Below, piece after piece: positions 20,690 through 30,203 of a stretch of DNA of 64,000 nt. Source of the stretch: Salinispira sp. Lineage in GTDB: Bacteria; Spirochaetota; Spirochaetia; DSM-27196; Salinispiraceae. Below the pieces are notes generated by a model. The model worked only from the letters and a program-made list of their open reading frames with translations. It was not told where the DNA came from and did no database searches. Location of the stretch: the NCBI GenBank assembly GCA_965226555.1, contig CBDDDG010000018.1, forward strand, positions 32,001 through 96,000, written 5' to 3'. The translations under genes and the position numbers were made by a program. Position 1 is the first letter of the stretch. Each line of letters opens with the position of its first letter.

Positions 20690-21306
20690 AGAATACACAG
20701 AATTATATACGAATTCCGATAATATTATGTGTGATCCTCTTCCTGATCTCTCCCCCTCTCTCCGCCTACCGCCTCATATATCGGGAACAGCTTTATTCGC
20801 TGCATCATCGACAACTACACAACTACCCTCTTGATATCGCTGAAAACATACATTGGCTTGAACTGGCGCTTCGCTCCGATTTTGCCAATCCTCTCTATGC
20901 CCTCGCCCGTATCGATAACGAGCTTGAATGGGCAAAATATCGGGAACTATTCACACTTCATATACACCTTAAGCTGACTGAATTGTATCTTTTATGGGCA
21001 GGCAGATATTATAAATTTAATGTATATTTTTATAATTATCCATGGCAGAAGGAAAACTTAGAGAGCATGGAAACATCTGCATTACTTCTGAACCAGGCCC
21101 TGCTCTATTGGAATGAGGCATTGCAATATGCGGAACGGGCTGCTGAATATCCATGGATATACATTGAGGAACAACAATTCTGGGAAGATGAATTGTTCCG
21201 AATTCAAAACAATGAACTTAATTACAAGGAAATTATTGATAAGCATCTCGCAGGTCTCTATGAAGCCCGTTCTGCCTTCGAAAATATGGATGAGGGCACC
21301 TATTAA
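20686..21306 (+). CDS. Exported hypothetical protein
   Basis: GTG overlapping the tmk stop; signal peptide; FANPLYALA motif. Confidence 0.65.
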   Translation: MKNTQNYIRIPIILCVILFLISPPLSAYRLIYREQLYSLHHRQLHNYPLDIAENIHWLELALRSDFANPLYALARIDNELEWAKYRELFTLHIHLKLTELYLLWAGRYYKFNVYFYNYPWQKENLESMETSALLLNQALLYWNEALQYAERAAEYPWIYIEEQQFWEDELFRIQNNELNYKEIIDKHLAGLYEARSAFENMDEGTY

Positions 21307-21370
21307 ATAGCGCCTGGCTGCAGGGGAAATTGATAGCGAAGCAGGATTTCGCAGATTTCTCAGGATTGGC

Positions 21371-21399
21371 TTGACAAAAGATAATGCAGAAACTATAGT
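21371..21399 (+). promoter_or_regulatory. Sigma70 promoter of rny
   Basis: TTGACA-N17-TATAGT followed by a GGAGG SD. Confidence 0.75.
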
Positions 21400-21421
21400 A
21401 GAAACATATTGGAGGTAAGGT

Positions 21422-22951
21422 ATGGTTACCGTATTAGTTGCCGTCCTTCCTCTCGCGGGCATGATCATTGGTTGGGGGTTGCGTTGGATCTATGCAAGAT
21501 TTCAGCTCAATTCTTCTGAACAGAAAAGTGATCGGTTAAAACGTTATGCTGCAAAAGATGCTGAAACTCTGAAAAGAGAATTGGTAATAGAAACAAAAGA
21601 CCAGCTCCTTCGGGAACGTAATCAACAGGAAAAGGAAATACGTGACCGTCGGCAGGAACTCAGCAAAATTGAGAGAAAATTTCTTCAGAAAGAAGAAAAC
21701 CTGGAAAAAAAAGCGCTTGAAGTTGATCAGCACATAGCAACCTTTGTAGATCGTGAGAGGAAACTGGACACACGAGAGTCTGAACTCACCAAACAGGAAG
21801 AACATTGGTTCAATGCACTTGAGCGTGTAGCAAGTCTGAACCGTGACGAAGCAAAAAAACTCATAATGCAGTCGATTGAGGACAGTACTCGTCATGATGC
21901 TCAGGGGTTAATCAATAAAATTGAACAGGAATATCAGCACACTGCCGAACGCAAGGGCCGTGAAATGCTCATTTCCGTTATACAGCATATAGCAAGTGAG
22001 GTAACCGCAGAAGTAACAGTTGCTTCCGTGAATCTGCCGAATGATGAAATGAAGGGGCGAATTATTGGTCGTGAAGGCCGGAATATACGGGCTCTTGAGA
22101 CCCTCACTGGTGTCGATGTTATCGTTGATGATACGCCTGAGGCAGTTGTTATTTCCTGTTTTGATCCGGTGCGCAAGGAAATTGCCCGGAGAAGCCTTGA
22201 AAAACTCATAAGTGACGGAAGAATTCATCCGACGCGGATTGAGGAAGTTGTTCAGAAAGTAACCCATGAAATCAGCCAATACATCTTTGAAGAGGGAGAA
22301 AAGGTCCTCTTCGATCTTGGTATCCATCACATGAAACCGGAGGGTATACGGGGCATAGGCCGCTTGGTATTCAGAACAAGCTATGGTCAGAATGTGCTTA
22401 ATCACAGCAAAGAAGTCGCAATTTTTGCGGGTATGATAGCCGGCGAAGTCGGAGCCGACCGCGATATTGCCCGAAGAGCGGGACTGCTTCACGATGTTGG
22501 GAAGGGCATTGAATCCGATGGCGATACAAACCATGTTGAACTTGGGGTTGAACTTGCCAAGCGTATTGATGAAGATGAAAAAGTTATTAACGCTATTGCA
22601 GCGCATCATGGCGATGTTCCGCACAGTTGTATTGAATCGGTCATTGTGCAAATTGCAGATGTTCTGAGCGCTTCCAGACCGGGGGCACGCAGGGAAACTC
22701 TGGACAACTACATAAAGCGTCTTGAAAATCTTGAAAAAATTGCCGAGGATTTTGACGGCATCGACAAGGCCTATGCAATTCAGGCTGGCCGTGAACTCCG
22801 AATTATGGCTAATCATGAAAAGGTCAGCGATAATGATGCGAGAGAAATTGCCCGTGAAGTCGCCAGAAAAATAGAGGCTGAACTCCGATATCCCGGACGT
22901 ATAAAAGTAACCATGATACGTGAGACCAGGGTTGTCGAATATGCCCGATGA
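21422..22951 (+). CDS. rny: Ribonuclease Y
   Basis: N-terminal transmembrane helix, coiled coil, KH domain (KGRIIGREGRNIR), HD domain (LLHDVGK). Confidence 0.96.
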   Translation: MVTVLVAVLPLAGMIIGWGLRWIYARFQLNSSEQKSDRLKRYAAKDAETLKRELVIETKDQLLRERNQQEKEIRDRRQELSKIERKFLQKEENLEKKALEVDQHIATFVDRERKLDTRESELTKQEEHWFNALERVASLNRDEAKKLIMQSIEDSTRHDAQGLINKIEQEYQHTAERKGREMLISVIQHIASEVTAEVTVASVNLPNDEMKGRIIGREGRNIRALETLTGVDVIVDDTPEAVVISCFDPVRKEIARRSLEKLISDGRIHPTRIEEVVQKVTHEISQYIFEEGEKVLFDLGIHHMKPEGIRGIGRLVFRTSYGQNVLNHSKEVAIFAGMIAGEVGADRDIARRAGLLHDVGKGIESDGDTNHVELGVELAKRIDEDEKVINAIAAHHGDVPHSCIESVIVQIADVLSASRPGARRETLDNYIKRLENLEKIAEDFDGIDKAYAIQAGRELRIMANHEKVSDNDAREIAREVARKIEAELRYPGRIKVTMIRETRVVEYAR

Positions 22952-22970
22952 TTCCGATGCATAAACCCTT

Positions 22971-23768
22971 ATGACGCGTACAATTCTGGCTATTGGCGAT
23001 ATTATCGGGCAGCCCGGCGCGCGCGCTCTCTTTGCGCTTCTCGCAGGTCTGAAAAAACAATATCGGGCCGATATTACAATAGTGAACGGAGAAAATGCCT
23101 GTAATGGTTTCGGACTTACCCCCGAACTTGCCGACACAATATTTAATTCAGGCGCCGATGTCATAAGCACGGGAAATCATATCTGGGATCAGAAAGAAAT
23201 TTACCGCTATCTTGATGATCAGCCAAACATACTCAGACCGGCAAATTACCCTTCGGGAAATCCCGGTAAGGGAAGTTGTATTGTGAAAGCGGGTGAAATA
23301 CGATACGCAGTTATAAATCTTCAGGGGCGGGAGCGCATGGCGCACATTGACTGCCCCTTCAAAAAAGCGACCGAACTTCTGCGCAAACTCAGTTCCCAGG
23401 CAGATGTCTTCATTATCGATTTTCATGCCGATGATGCGCAGGAGAAAGAGGCTATGGCCTACTACCTCGATGGACAGGCAACCCTCTTTTTCGGTACCCA
23501 CACCCACATTCAAACAGCCGACCAACGCATCCTCCCCCAAGGCACCGCCTACATAAGCGATATTGGAGCCTCAGGACCGGAAAATAGTATTATCGGCTTT
23601 GACAGTGATATTGGCATACGGCGGAGTATTACCTACCTTCCATTGAAAAATGAAGTGAGTACCAGTCCAACAGTGATCTGCGGTATTGTTGTTACATTCG
23701 ATGATGAAAACCCTCTCCAGGCGCAGAGCATCAAAACCATCAGGGTACCCATGGATATGATAACGTGA
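22971..23768 (+). CDS. YmdB / TIGR00282 family metallophosphoesterase
   Basis: GDIIG, NGEN, GNHIWD, RPANYP, DFHA and GTHTHIQT motifs. Confidence 0.92.
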   Translation: MTRTILAIGDIIGQPGARALFALLAGLKKQYRADITIVNGENACNGFGLTPELADTIFNSGADVISTGNHIWDQKEIYRYLDDQPNILRPANYPSGNPGKGSCIVKAGEIRYAVINLQGRERMAHIDCPFKKATELLRKLSSQADVFIIDFHADDAQEKEAMAYYLDGQATLFFGTHTHIQTADQRILPQGTAYISDIGASGPENSIIGFDSDIGIRRSITYLPLKNEVSTSPTVICGIVVTFDDENPLQAQSIKTIRVPMDMIT

Positions 23769-24586
23769 AAAATCGTTTCCCTGTCGCCGGCAAATCCGTA
23801 AAATCCAGAAAATCCGGCGCAGCGGGCACGCGGAGCCTTCTCGAAATAGTGAAAAAGCGTTTTCCCATGAGAACGGGCACGGAGCTGTATGCGCACATTC
23901 TCTATGGAGATGTTTTCGTTAATGGTCATCGGGAACGTAATCTCTCGGCTCGAATATCTCCCAATGCCGAAATTACCATAGCGCCGCCCGAAAAAAATTA
24001 TGTCAGCAGAGGCGGACATAAACTGGCATCGGTTCTCCACAGGGCTGAGAATGCGGGCTTCTGTTATCGCAACAGGGTTCTTCTCGATGCCGGAGCCTCA
24101 AGCGGCGGTTTTACCGATTGCCTTCTGCAGCACGGAGCTCAGACAGTTCACACTGTTGATGTCGGATATAATCAACTTGATTATCGGCTCCGCTGCGACT
24201 CCCGGGTTCAGGTTCATGAGCGATGTAATATAATGTCGATTTCGCGGGAGGATATGCAGCCCTGTCCTGAATGTGCTGTTGCTGATATCTCATTCCGCAC
24301 CCTGAGCGGTGTTGTTCCTCATATCCTCACAATTCTCTGCTCGGAAAATCCGCTCCTGCTCGCTCTTATAAAGCCTCAATTTGAACTGGAATACAGCGAT
24401 ATACCCGTAGCGGATTTTTCGGGGGTCTTAAGGGATAGCAGTATTATCGAAGGGGTTCTTGATGATCTCATAGGCCGACTTACCGAAGAGGGGGTACGGG
24501 TGCGCGGAATCTGGCCATCCGGCCTGCGGGGAAAAAAGGGAAACCAGGAATTTTTTGGTCTCTTCGGCGCGCAGAATACTCAGTGA
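23765..24586 (+). CDS. tlyA: TlyA family rRNA methyltransferase
   Basis: S4-like N-terminus, YVSRGGHKL, DAGASSGGFTDCLLQ, LIKPQFE, GNQEF. Confidence 0.92.
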   Translation: MKNRFPVAGKSVKSRKSGAAGTRSLLEIVKKRFPMRTGTELYAHILYGDVFVNGHRERNLSARISPNAEITIAPPEKNYVSRGGHKLASVLHRAENAGFCYRNRVLLDAGASSGGFTDCLLQHGAQTVHTVDVGYNQLDYRLRCDSRVQVHERCNIMSISREDMQPCPECAVADISFRTLSGVVPHILTILCSENPLLLALIKPQFELEYSDIPVADFSGVLRDSSIIEGVLDDLIGRLTEEGVRVRGIWPSGLRGKKGNQEFFGLFGAQNTQ

Positions 24587-24638
24587 AATTTTTGCTACTG
24601 GAAATTGTGCAAGCACAATTTTCCAATGCAAAATTTTC
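24585..24638. mobile_element. 54-bp nested-hairpin miniature element at the tlyA stop codon
   Basis: GAAATTTTTGCTACTGGAAATTGTGCAAGCACAATTTTCCAATGCAAAATTTTC. Confidence 0.8.
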
Positions 24639-24654
24639 AGCAGTGAAATCTCTA

Positions 24655-25488
24655 TCAGAGATCAGATGGGCGCAGCGGATGTCCGATAAAAAGGCCATCT
24701 CCACCGAGGAAGGAAATCAATTCTCCGTCAATAAGAATCTGCACAGCGCTCACCGAATCGAACTGTGTCGCAGTCGCTATGATCTGCTGAACCTGAAGGC
24801 GATATCCCTCAAGCCCGATAGGATTAAAGCTGAATTCCTCACTGAGGTCGATGTAGGCAATTTCTTCCTGAATCCATACCTTATTAATGTGCGTTTCAGG
24901 AGGTATAACATTGCGGTAGTTGCCGTATTCCCTCGGCTCGTTAATAAGATTTTTCAGAGTTTCGGTAAGCGGACTCGAAATAAAATGTACGCTTCGTTCT
25001 ACCGCTTCAAGAGAAATTATCCCATTATTGTCCATATGGACAAGATGAATAAGATAATCTCTTGCTCTGCTTTCGGGACTTTCAGAGATTTCGGACTCTC
25101 TCGCAGGCGCTTCATCATTTTTCTCTGCCGCAGATTCTGCCGCTTCTTCTGTTTCCTCTTTCGGAACTTCTTCGGATTCCCCGGATTCCCCGGAAATTTT
25201 CACTTCCTCGGAAATAGGGTTGCCATCTTCTTTCGGAACTTCTTCGGCAACAATAGGACCTACGGAGTCCGTTTCCAATTCAGGTATGAGCAGAGAATCC
25301 TTATCTGTTGATGTTTCATCCGCAACAGGATCAATTCCGATGCGCTGATGTATTACCTCAATGAAACCAGTATTCTTCATAACCTGTTCGATATTTCTTC
25401 TATTAAAAAGAAAAATAACCAACACAAGCAGAATGGCTGCTATCCAAAAGAGTATTCCAAGAGATATACTAGATTTTCTTTCATTCAT
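24655..25488 (-). CDS. GerMN domain protein
   Basis: N-terminal transmembrane helix, acidic linker, AYIDLSEEF...QIIATATQF...VQILIDG. Confidence 0.85.
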   Translation of the reverse strand: MNERKSSISLGILFWIAAILLVLVIFLFNRRNIEQVMKNTGFIEVIHQRIGIDPVADETSTDKDSLLIPELETDSVGPIVAEEVPKEDGNPISEEVKISGESGESEEVPKEETEEAAESAAEKNDEAPARESEISESPESRARDYLIHLVHMDNNGIISLEAVERSVHFISSPLTETLKNLINEPREYGNYRNVIPPETHINKVWIQEEIAYIDLSEEFSFNPIGLEGYRLQVQQIIATATQFDSVSAVQILIDGELISFLGGDGLFIGHPLRPSDL

Positions 25489-25539
25489 GGATACCTTATC
25501 TATCGGTGAAAAGCGATTTTTCTAAAAGGAAATTACACA

Positions 25540-26946
25540 TTGATAGACCTACAGCACATTCAATCTGATGAAATAGCAAAACTTGCAATAGTCGGCAGAC
25601 CCAATGTTGGTAAATCGACACTTTTTAACCGTCTGCTTGGACGAAGACGGGCAATAATCGCAGCTACTCCCGGAGTTACCCGCGATCCAATATCGCAAGC
25701 GGTAAACATTAATGGGGAACGCTGCATACTCATCGATACCGGCGGTCTCAGTGAATCGAGGGAATATCTCAATTCCCTCATTGTTGAAAAAAGTTTTTCA
25801 ATTATCAGGGATGCTGATATTGTTCTGCTCCTGCTTGATATTACCGGGATCACTCCTGAGGACGAGCAGCTCATTGAGCATCTCCGTCCCTTTTCGGATC
25901 ATATACTTGTCGCAGTTAACAAGGTCGATAATGAACAGCGTCTGCACCTTATGTCGGACTATTATGGACTGGGTTTCTCACAACTTTTTCCAATAAGCGC
26001 CGCGCATGGAATTGGATGTGAGGAACTGATCGATGTTCTTGCTGAGCGCATTCAATCCATCAATAAAACACACAACAAAAAACAGCCGCCCCCTCCCGAT
26101 CCTTCGTTCGAAGAAGAATGCGCCGACGAAAACAGCGCTGGGCAACAGGAAATGTCCATTACCATTCTCGGTCAACCAAATACCGGAAAAAGCACCCTTT
26201 CAAATTTTCTCAGCAAGGGAGAACACTCCATTGTTACTCCAACAGCAGGGACAACCCGAGATGTTCTTAAACAACATTGTGTATATAAGGGACATCATTT
26301 TTCTCTTCTGGATACAGCAGGAATACGAAGGAAGAATAAAGTTCATGATGATCTTGAATATTATTCAGTTAACCGAGCCATTGCGGCAATAGAAGAATCT
26401 CAAATTATCTTTTTGATGATTGATGCTGAAAAAAATCTGTCGGACCAGGATAAGAAAATTGCCTTTCAGGCGGTAAAACACGGGCGGGGGGTTATTATCG
26501 TGCTGAATAAATGGGACCTTATCGAGAACCTTCCCAACCGCCTGCAGGCAGTGTCGGATCGCATTCGTTTCATTTTTCCCATTCTCCATTTTGCCCCCAT
26601 TCTGCCTCTCTCGGCTAAAACCGGCGAGGGTATGAATCAGCTCATGACGACGGCAGACCGCCTGCTGCAGCAACTGCGCTGCCGTGCTGCGACTCCCATT
26701 TTGAATAAAAAGCTGAAGGACTGGATGCAGCAGACACCTCCCCCGAGCAATAAGGGAGTCCGTCCGAAGATCAAATACATTGTTCAGGCAGGTAACCTTC
26801 CCATGAAATTCATTCTCTTTGTTAACAGGAAAAAGAATTTCCCCGACAGTTATACCGGGTACATAAAAAACTGCATTCGTACAGAATTTACCATTACTGA
26901 AATACCCATTCGTATGGAATTGCGTGAATCGGGACGCAGCAGATGA
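25540..26946 (+). CDS. der: Ribosome biogenesis GTPase Der (EngA)
   Basis: Two G domains (GRPNVGKS...DTGG...NKVD; GQPNTGKS...DTAG...NKWD) and a KH-like C-terminus. Confidence 0.95.
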   Translation: MIDLQHIQSDEIAKLAIVGRPNVGKSTLFNRLLGRRRAIIAATPGVTRDPISQAVNINGERCILIDTGGLSESREYLNSLIVEKSFSIIRDADIVLLLLDITGITPEDEQLIEHLRPFSDHILVAVNKVDNEQRLHLMSDYYGLGFSQLFPISAAHGIGCEELIDVLAERIQSINKTHNKKQPPPPDPSFEEECADENSAGQQEMSITILGQPNTGKSTLSNFLSKGEHSIVTPTAGTTRDVLKQHCVYKGHHFSLLDTAGIRRKNKVHDDLEYYSVNRAIAAIEESQIIFLMIDAEKNLSDQDKKIAFQAVKHGRGVIIVLNKWDLIENLPNRLQAVSDRIRFIFPILHFAPILPLSAKTGEGMNQLMTTADRLLQQLRCRAATPILNKKLKDWMQQTPPPSNKGVRPKIKYIVQAGNLPMKFILFVNRKKNFPDSYTGYIKNCIRTEFTITEIPIRMELRESGRSR

Positions 26947-27009
26947 TCAGAAATAATTATTCGGTATCTTTTGCCGAAAATAATTATAGTCGGCACCGGC
27001 AGGGGATGT

Positions 27010-28257
27010 ATGAAAGTACGAATTTTCATAGGTATATTTTTAGTACTCTCACACATGGTAGTTGCGCTTATTCCAGATAATTCTCAGGCGCGCCGTCAGC
27101 TTATTTCCTTGCTGCAGGCGCCGGTATCAGAAATATCTTCAGACAATGAACAGATAATCAGCAGTCCGCACCTTGAAAATTCAGTCAGCTTCGAAATTGA
27201 GAACCAAAACGGCAAGCTCTATCTGCTTTTTATAAATGAGCGCAATGGTAAGTATCCAATTGTCGGATCGGGCACTATGATTATTCGCAGAAATCTCGAC
27301 ACTGGCGCCATTGAACAGATAAAGATATATGCGGATGATATTGGCGCTCTGATCATACGTGTGAGACCATCAGGACGCCGCAGTCTTGTGCAGCTGAGTC
27401 TTTTTGATGACATTCTTTACGATAAAATTCCTGTTGAAGCGCGCATAGAGCAGATCATGACCATGAATGTGTCCGATATTATTGAACGCAGTAATGGACG
27501 TATTCCATGGGAACTATTTTTTCCGCCGGATGATCTTTCGGTATATGGGGGGATCAAAGATATTGTTCGGGAAATGCGGCAGATTATTCCATTCCTTCCC
27601 GATACGGAAGACGGAGCCATGGATGCCGCCGGAAATCTTGTTCGTATTGAAACTCTGGGAATCCATCGGCTGCCTGGGTTTAACTGTTCGGGCTTTGCAA
27701 AATACGTTGCCGATGGAGTGTATTCCCGCTTCGGGAAGGGTTTCATGGATATAGACAGTCTCAAAATGAAACACCTGAGCTTACGGGGGAACAAAACCTC
27801 AGAGGCCTATGAAGATACACGGGATCCGTATTTCGGTCTGGACTGGACACGTAACATTGCCGCAGAAATTTTACAAATGCAGACGGGGAGGCATGCGCAT
27901 CCGGAAGATTCAGACATTCGGCATTCCGATTTTTATCCATACCGGGAAGACATTGGTTATTCAGTACAGGATCTCATCCAGATTCTGTATCTTGAAAGTA
28001 TACGCAGACCCGGCATGTTCTATCTGGGAAGTATAAACGGTGAGTTCGGCGGCAATCCTCAACTCTGGCAGCATTATCATATTGTCGTGCTCTTCCCCTA
28101 CTTTGACAGCGCGGGAAATTTCCGCATCACGGTTATGGAACGTAATGTGGAAACATCCATTGCCTCTCTTGAGAAACGCTATCCGCGGCAGTTCATCCAT
28201 CTTGTCGGCATAGAGCCAGAGGAAAAATTCTCACCTCCCCGGCTTGCCGGAGAATGA
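27010..28257 (+). CDS. Exported conserved hypothetical protein (NlpC/P60-like FNCSGFAK motif)
   Basis: Signal peptide, GFNCSGFAKY, DPYFGLDWTRN, QHYH. Confidence 0.6.
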   Translation: MKVRIFIGIFLVLSHMVVALIPDNSQARRQLISLLQAPVSEISSDNEQIISSPHLENSVSFEIENQNGKLYLLFINERNGKYPIVGSGTMIIRRNLDTGAIEQIKIYADDIGALIIRVRPSGRRSLVQLSLFDDILYDKIPVEARIEQIMTMNVSDIIERSNGRIPWELFFPPDDLSVYGGIKDIVREMRQIIPFLPDTEDGAMDAAGNLVRIETLGIHRLPGFNCSGFAKYVADGVYSRFGKGFMDIDSLKMKHLSLRGNKTSEAYEDTRDPYFGLDWTRNIAAEILQMQTGRHAHPEDSDIRHSDFYPYREDIGYSVQDLIQILYLESIRRPGMFYLGSINGEFGGNPQLWQHYHIVVLFPYFDSAGNFRITVMERNVETSIASLEKRYPRQFIHLVGIEPEEKFSPPRLAGE

Positions 28258-28359
28258 TGTGAACCTTCACCGCATTGTCGGCTTGCCAGCTTGTCGATTG
28301 GTTCAGAAACGCCAATTCAGAAACAGGCAGGCACGGGGGCTGGTCGGCGCGGCGCATAA

Positions 28360-28872
28360 TTATCGCTGTGTGAAAAGTACCAGTATGGTAATCATAACCG
28401 GGAATATGAGAGCAAGTAACCAGAATATGTGCCGAATTGATTTCGTTATATCTTCCCGCAGTACCTGAATATTTTCCTTTGTTTCTTCCCGCAGTACCTG
28501 AATATTTTCCTTTGTTTCTTCCCGCAGCGCCTGAATATCGTGCTTTGTTTCTTCCCGCAAGGCCTGCATATCGTGTCGCAGTACCTGCGCATCGGTTTGC
28601 AGTTTTTCCGTATCTTTTTTTAGGAGCTGAATATCCTGCTTCATATCTTTTTTTAGGAGCTGAATATCCTGCTTCATATCTTTTTTTAGGAGCTGAATAT
28701 CGTTTTTTAGGAGCTGAATATCTTGCTTCATATCGTTTTTTAGGAGCTGAATATCTTGCTTCGTTACGAGTTCGTCGTTTTGCTGCGCAATGACCTTTGC
28801 CAGCACATCCGACTGCTGAAGAGAGAAACCATTTTTCTGCAATGTTTTTGATGCGAGTAGTGTGTCAATCAT
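28360..28872 (-). CDS. Bdr/DUF1640-like coiled-coil repeat membrane protein
   Basis: IDTL...GFSxxQS...LVTKQDI, 11-aa tandem repeats (KQDIQLLKKDM, KENIQVLREET), C-terminal transmembrane helix. Confidence 0.8.
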   Translation of the reverse strand: MIDTLLASKTLQKNGFSLQQSDVLAKVIAQQNDELVTKQDIQLLKNDMKQDIQLLKNDIQLLKKDMKQDIQLLKKDMKQDIQLLKKDTEKLQTDAQVLRHDMQALREETKHDIQALREETKENIQVLREETKENIQVLREDITKSIRHIFWLLALIFPVMITILVLFTQR

Positions 28873-28878
28873 GGTCAT

Positions 28879-28907
28879 AATATACGAAAATTACGGGGCA
28901 TTGTCAA
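28879..28907 (-). promoter_or_regulatory. Sigma70 promoter of the Bdr-like gene (probably leaderless)
   Basis: TTGACA-N17-TATATT; second ATG begins 7 nt after the -10 box; no SD. Confidence 0.7.
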
Positions 28908-28927
28908 GAGTTTCGGGCATGGGTGGG

Positions 28928-28972
28928 TGGGAAATAAACCTTTGAGCTGCCCCCGCTTTGACCTATTATGCG
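28928..28972. mobile_element. Orphan terminus of the IS481-like element at 61207-62458
   Basis: TGGGAAATAAACCTTTGAGCTGCCCC-CGCTTTGACCTATTATGCG matches the TIR and the adjacent subterminal sequence of that IS. Confidence 0.8.
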
Positions 28973-29015
28973 TTCATGCTCAGAGCGGGAGATATGTCAA
29001 TTTACAGAAACGTTC

Positions 29016-29203
29016 TTATATGCTGATTCTGAGTTCATGTATCTTTTCAGGGGAAAGTTTTATCGCTGCAACCACCTCGGACTCTTTCATTCCAAGCCGG
29101 AGCATATTACAAGCTGCTTCCGCAAGTCTTCATCGCCTGTCTTACTGACTTTCCGCATAATATAGCACAGGGCTCCCCCTGTCAACACAACCCCGTCTGA
29201 CCC
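29016..29203 (-). pseudogene. Chimeric Rpn fragment (type-C internal piece plus a third C-terminal tail type)
   Basis: About 29118-29203 matches 57048-57133 (reverse complement); it continues as ..AACNMLRLGMKESEVVAAIKLSPEKIHELRISI*. Confidence 0.7.
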
Positions 29204-29310
29204 GACGGGTTACATATGAATGGTGAATGATAAAATGAGAAAGTTTTTGAAAAAGTTTCTATTATTTTGGGATATTACTGTTGGACCTGACCCCGGCGCG
29301 GGGATCGCTG

Positions 29311-29487
29311 CTACGCTTCACCGTTTTTCTGCAATGTTCGAATTTCATCCCCGCTGAGATTGGTGATATCATGAATAATGTCCATCGATATGCCCTTCCT
29401 GAGCATTTTGAGTACCTGCTCAAGTCCCTGCTCAAGTCCCTGCTCAACACCTGCCCGCCATGGGTCATCTAAAAGATCTACCAACAT
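29311..29487 (-). CDS. Stand-alone RpnS-like small protein (58 aa; below the ORF-track cutoff)
   Basis: SD GAGGAGGT plus ATG; MLVDLLDDPWRAGVEQGLEQGLEQVLKMLRKGISMDIIHDITNLSGDEIRTLQKNGEA; paralog of 32811-33014. Confidence 0.7.
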   Translation of the reverse strand: MLVDLLDDPWRAGVEQGLEQGLEQVLKMLRKGISMDIIHDITNLSGDEIRTLQKNGEA

Positions 29488-30203
29488 ACGTTTTACCTCC
29501 TCAGGATGTTCCTGCCGGCTGCAGGCCGAGCAACGTCAATTAATGCGATCCGTTCCGCAATGCCCGCATTTCCTCATCGCTCAGCCCGGTAATCCTCTGA
29601 ACAGCCTCTGTCGACAACCCTTCCAAAAACATACTGCGGGCGTTTTTTCTCCGCTCCTCAATATGCCCCTCCGCGCGACCTGCCTGTAGCCCCTTTTGAA
29701 GTCCTTCTTCACGACCTGTCTGCAGTCCTTCCTGTCGACCTGTTTGCAATCCTTCTTCACGACCTGTTCGCAGTCCTGTCTGCAGTCCTTCCTGCCGACC
29801 TGTCTGCAGTCCTTCTTCACGACCTGTTCGCAGTCCTTCCTGTCGTCCTGTCTGAAGTCCTTCCTGCCGACCCATTTCCGCAATGCGCGCTTTGAATGTT
29901 TCCGCATTCATTCTGAACATTTTTGCTACCTCCTTACCTCTCGGTTCTTTTGTTCTTTCTAATCTGTTCATTAACGTATCTAAATCTATAACAATTCCGA
30001 ACATCGAATCTACCACGCCGACAAATTCCTCTATCAGCTCCAGCGATTCCTCATTCAGCATTTCTGCTATCGCTTTCTCCACCTTCTGAATGTCCCAATC
30101 CGTATTCAACAGATTTTTCGAGTACAGATCAAGGTACATAACAGCCGCAAACATTCTTCCCCGCTGCTGCAACTGCTCCGCAGAATAATCGTTCTCACTA
30201 ATA

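Noticed and set aside
21908..23170. 420-aa minus-strand ORF
   Set aside because: Antisense shadow of rny/ymdB with no recognisable motifs
24583..25311. 242-aa plus-strand ORF
   Set aside because: Starts inside a hairpin element and is antisense to the GerMN gene
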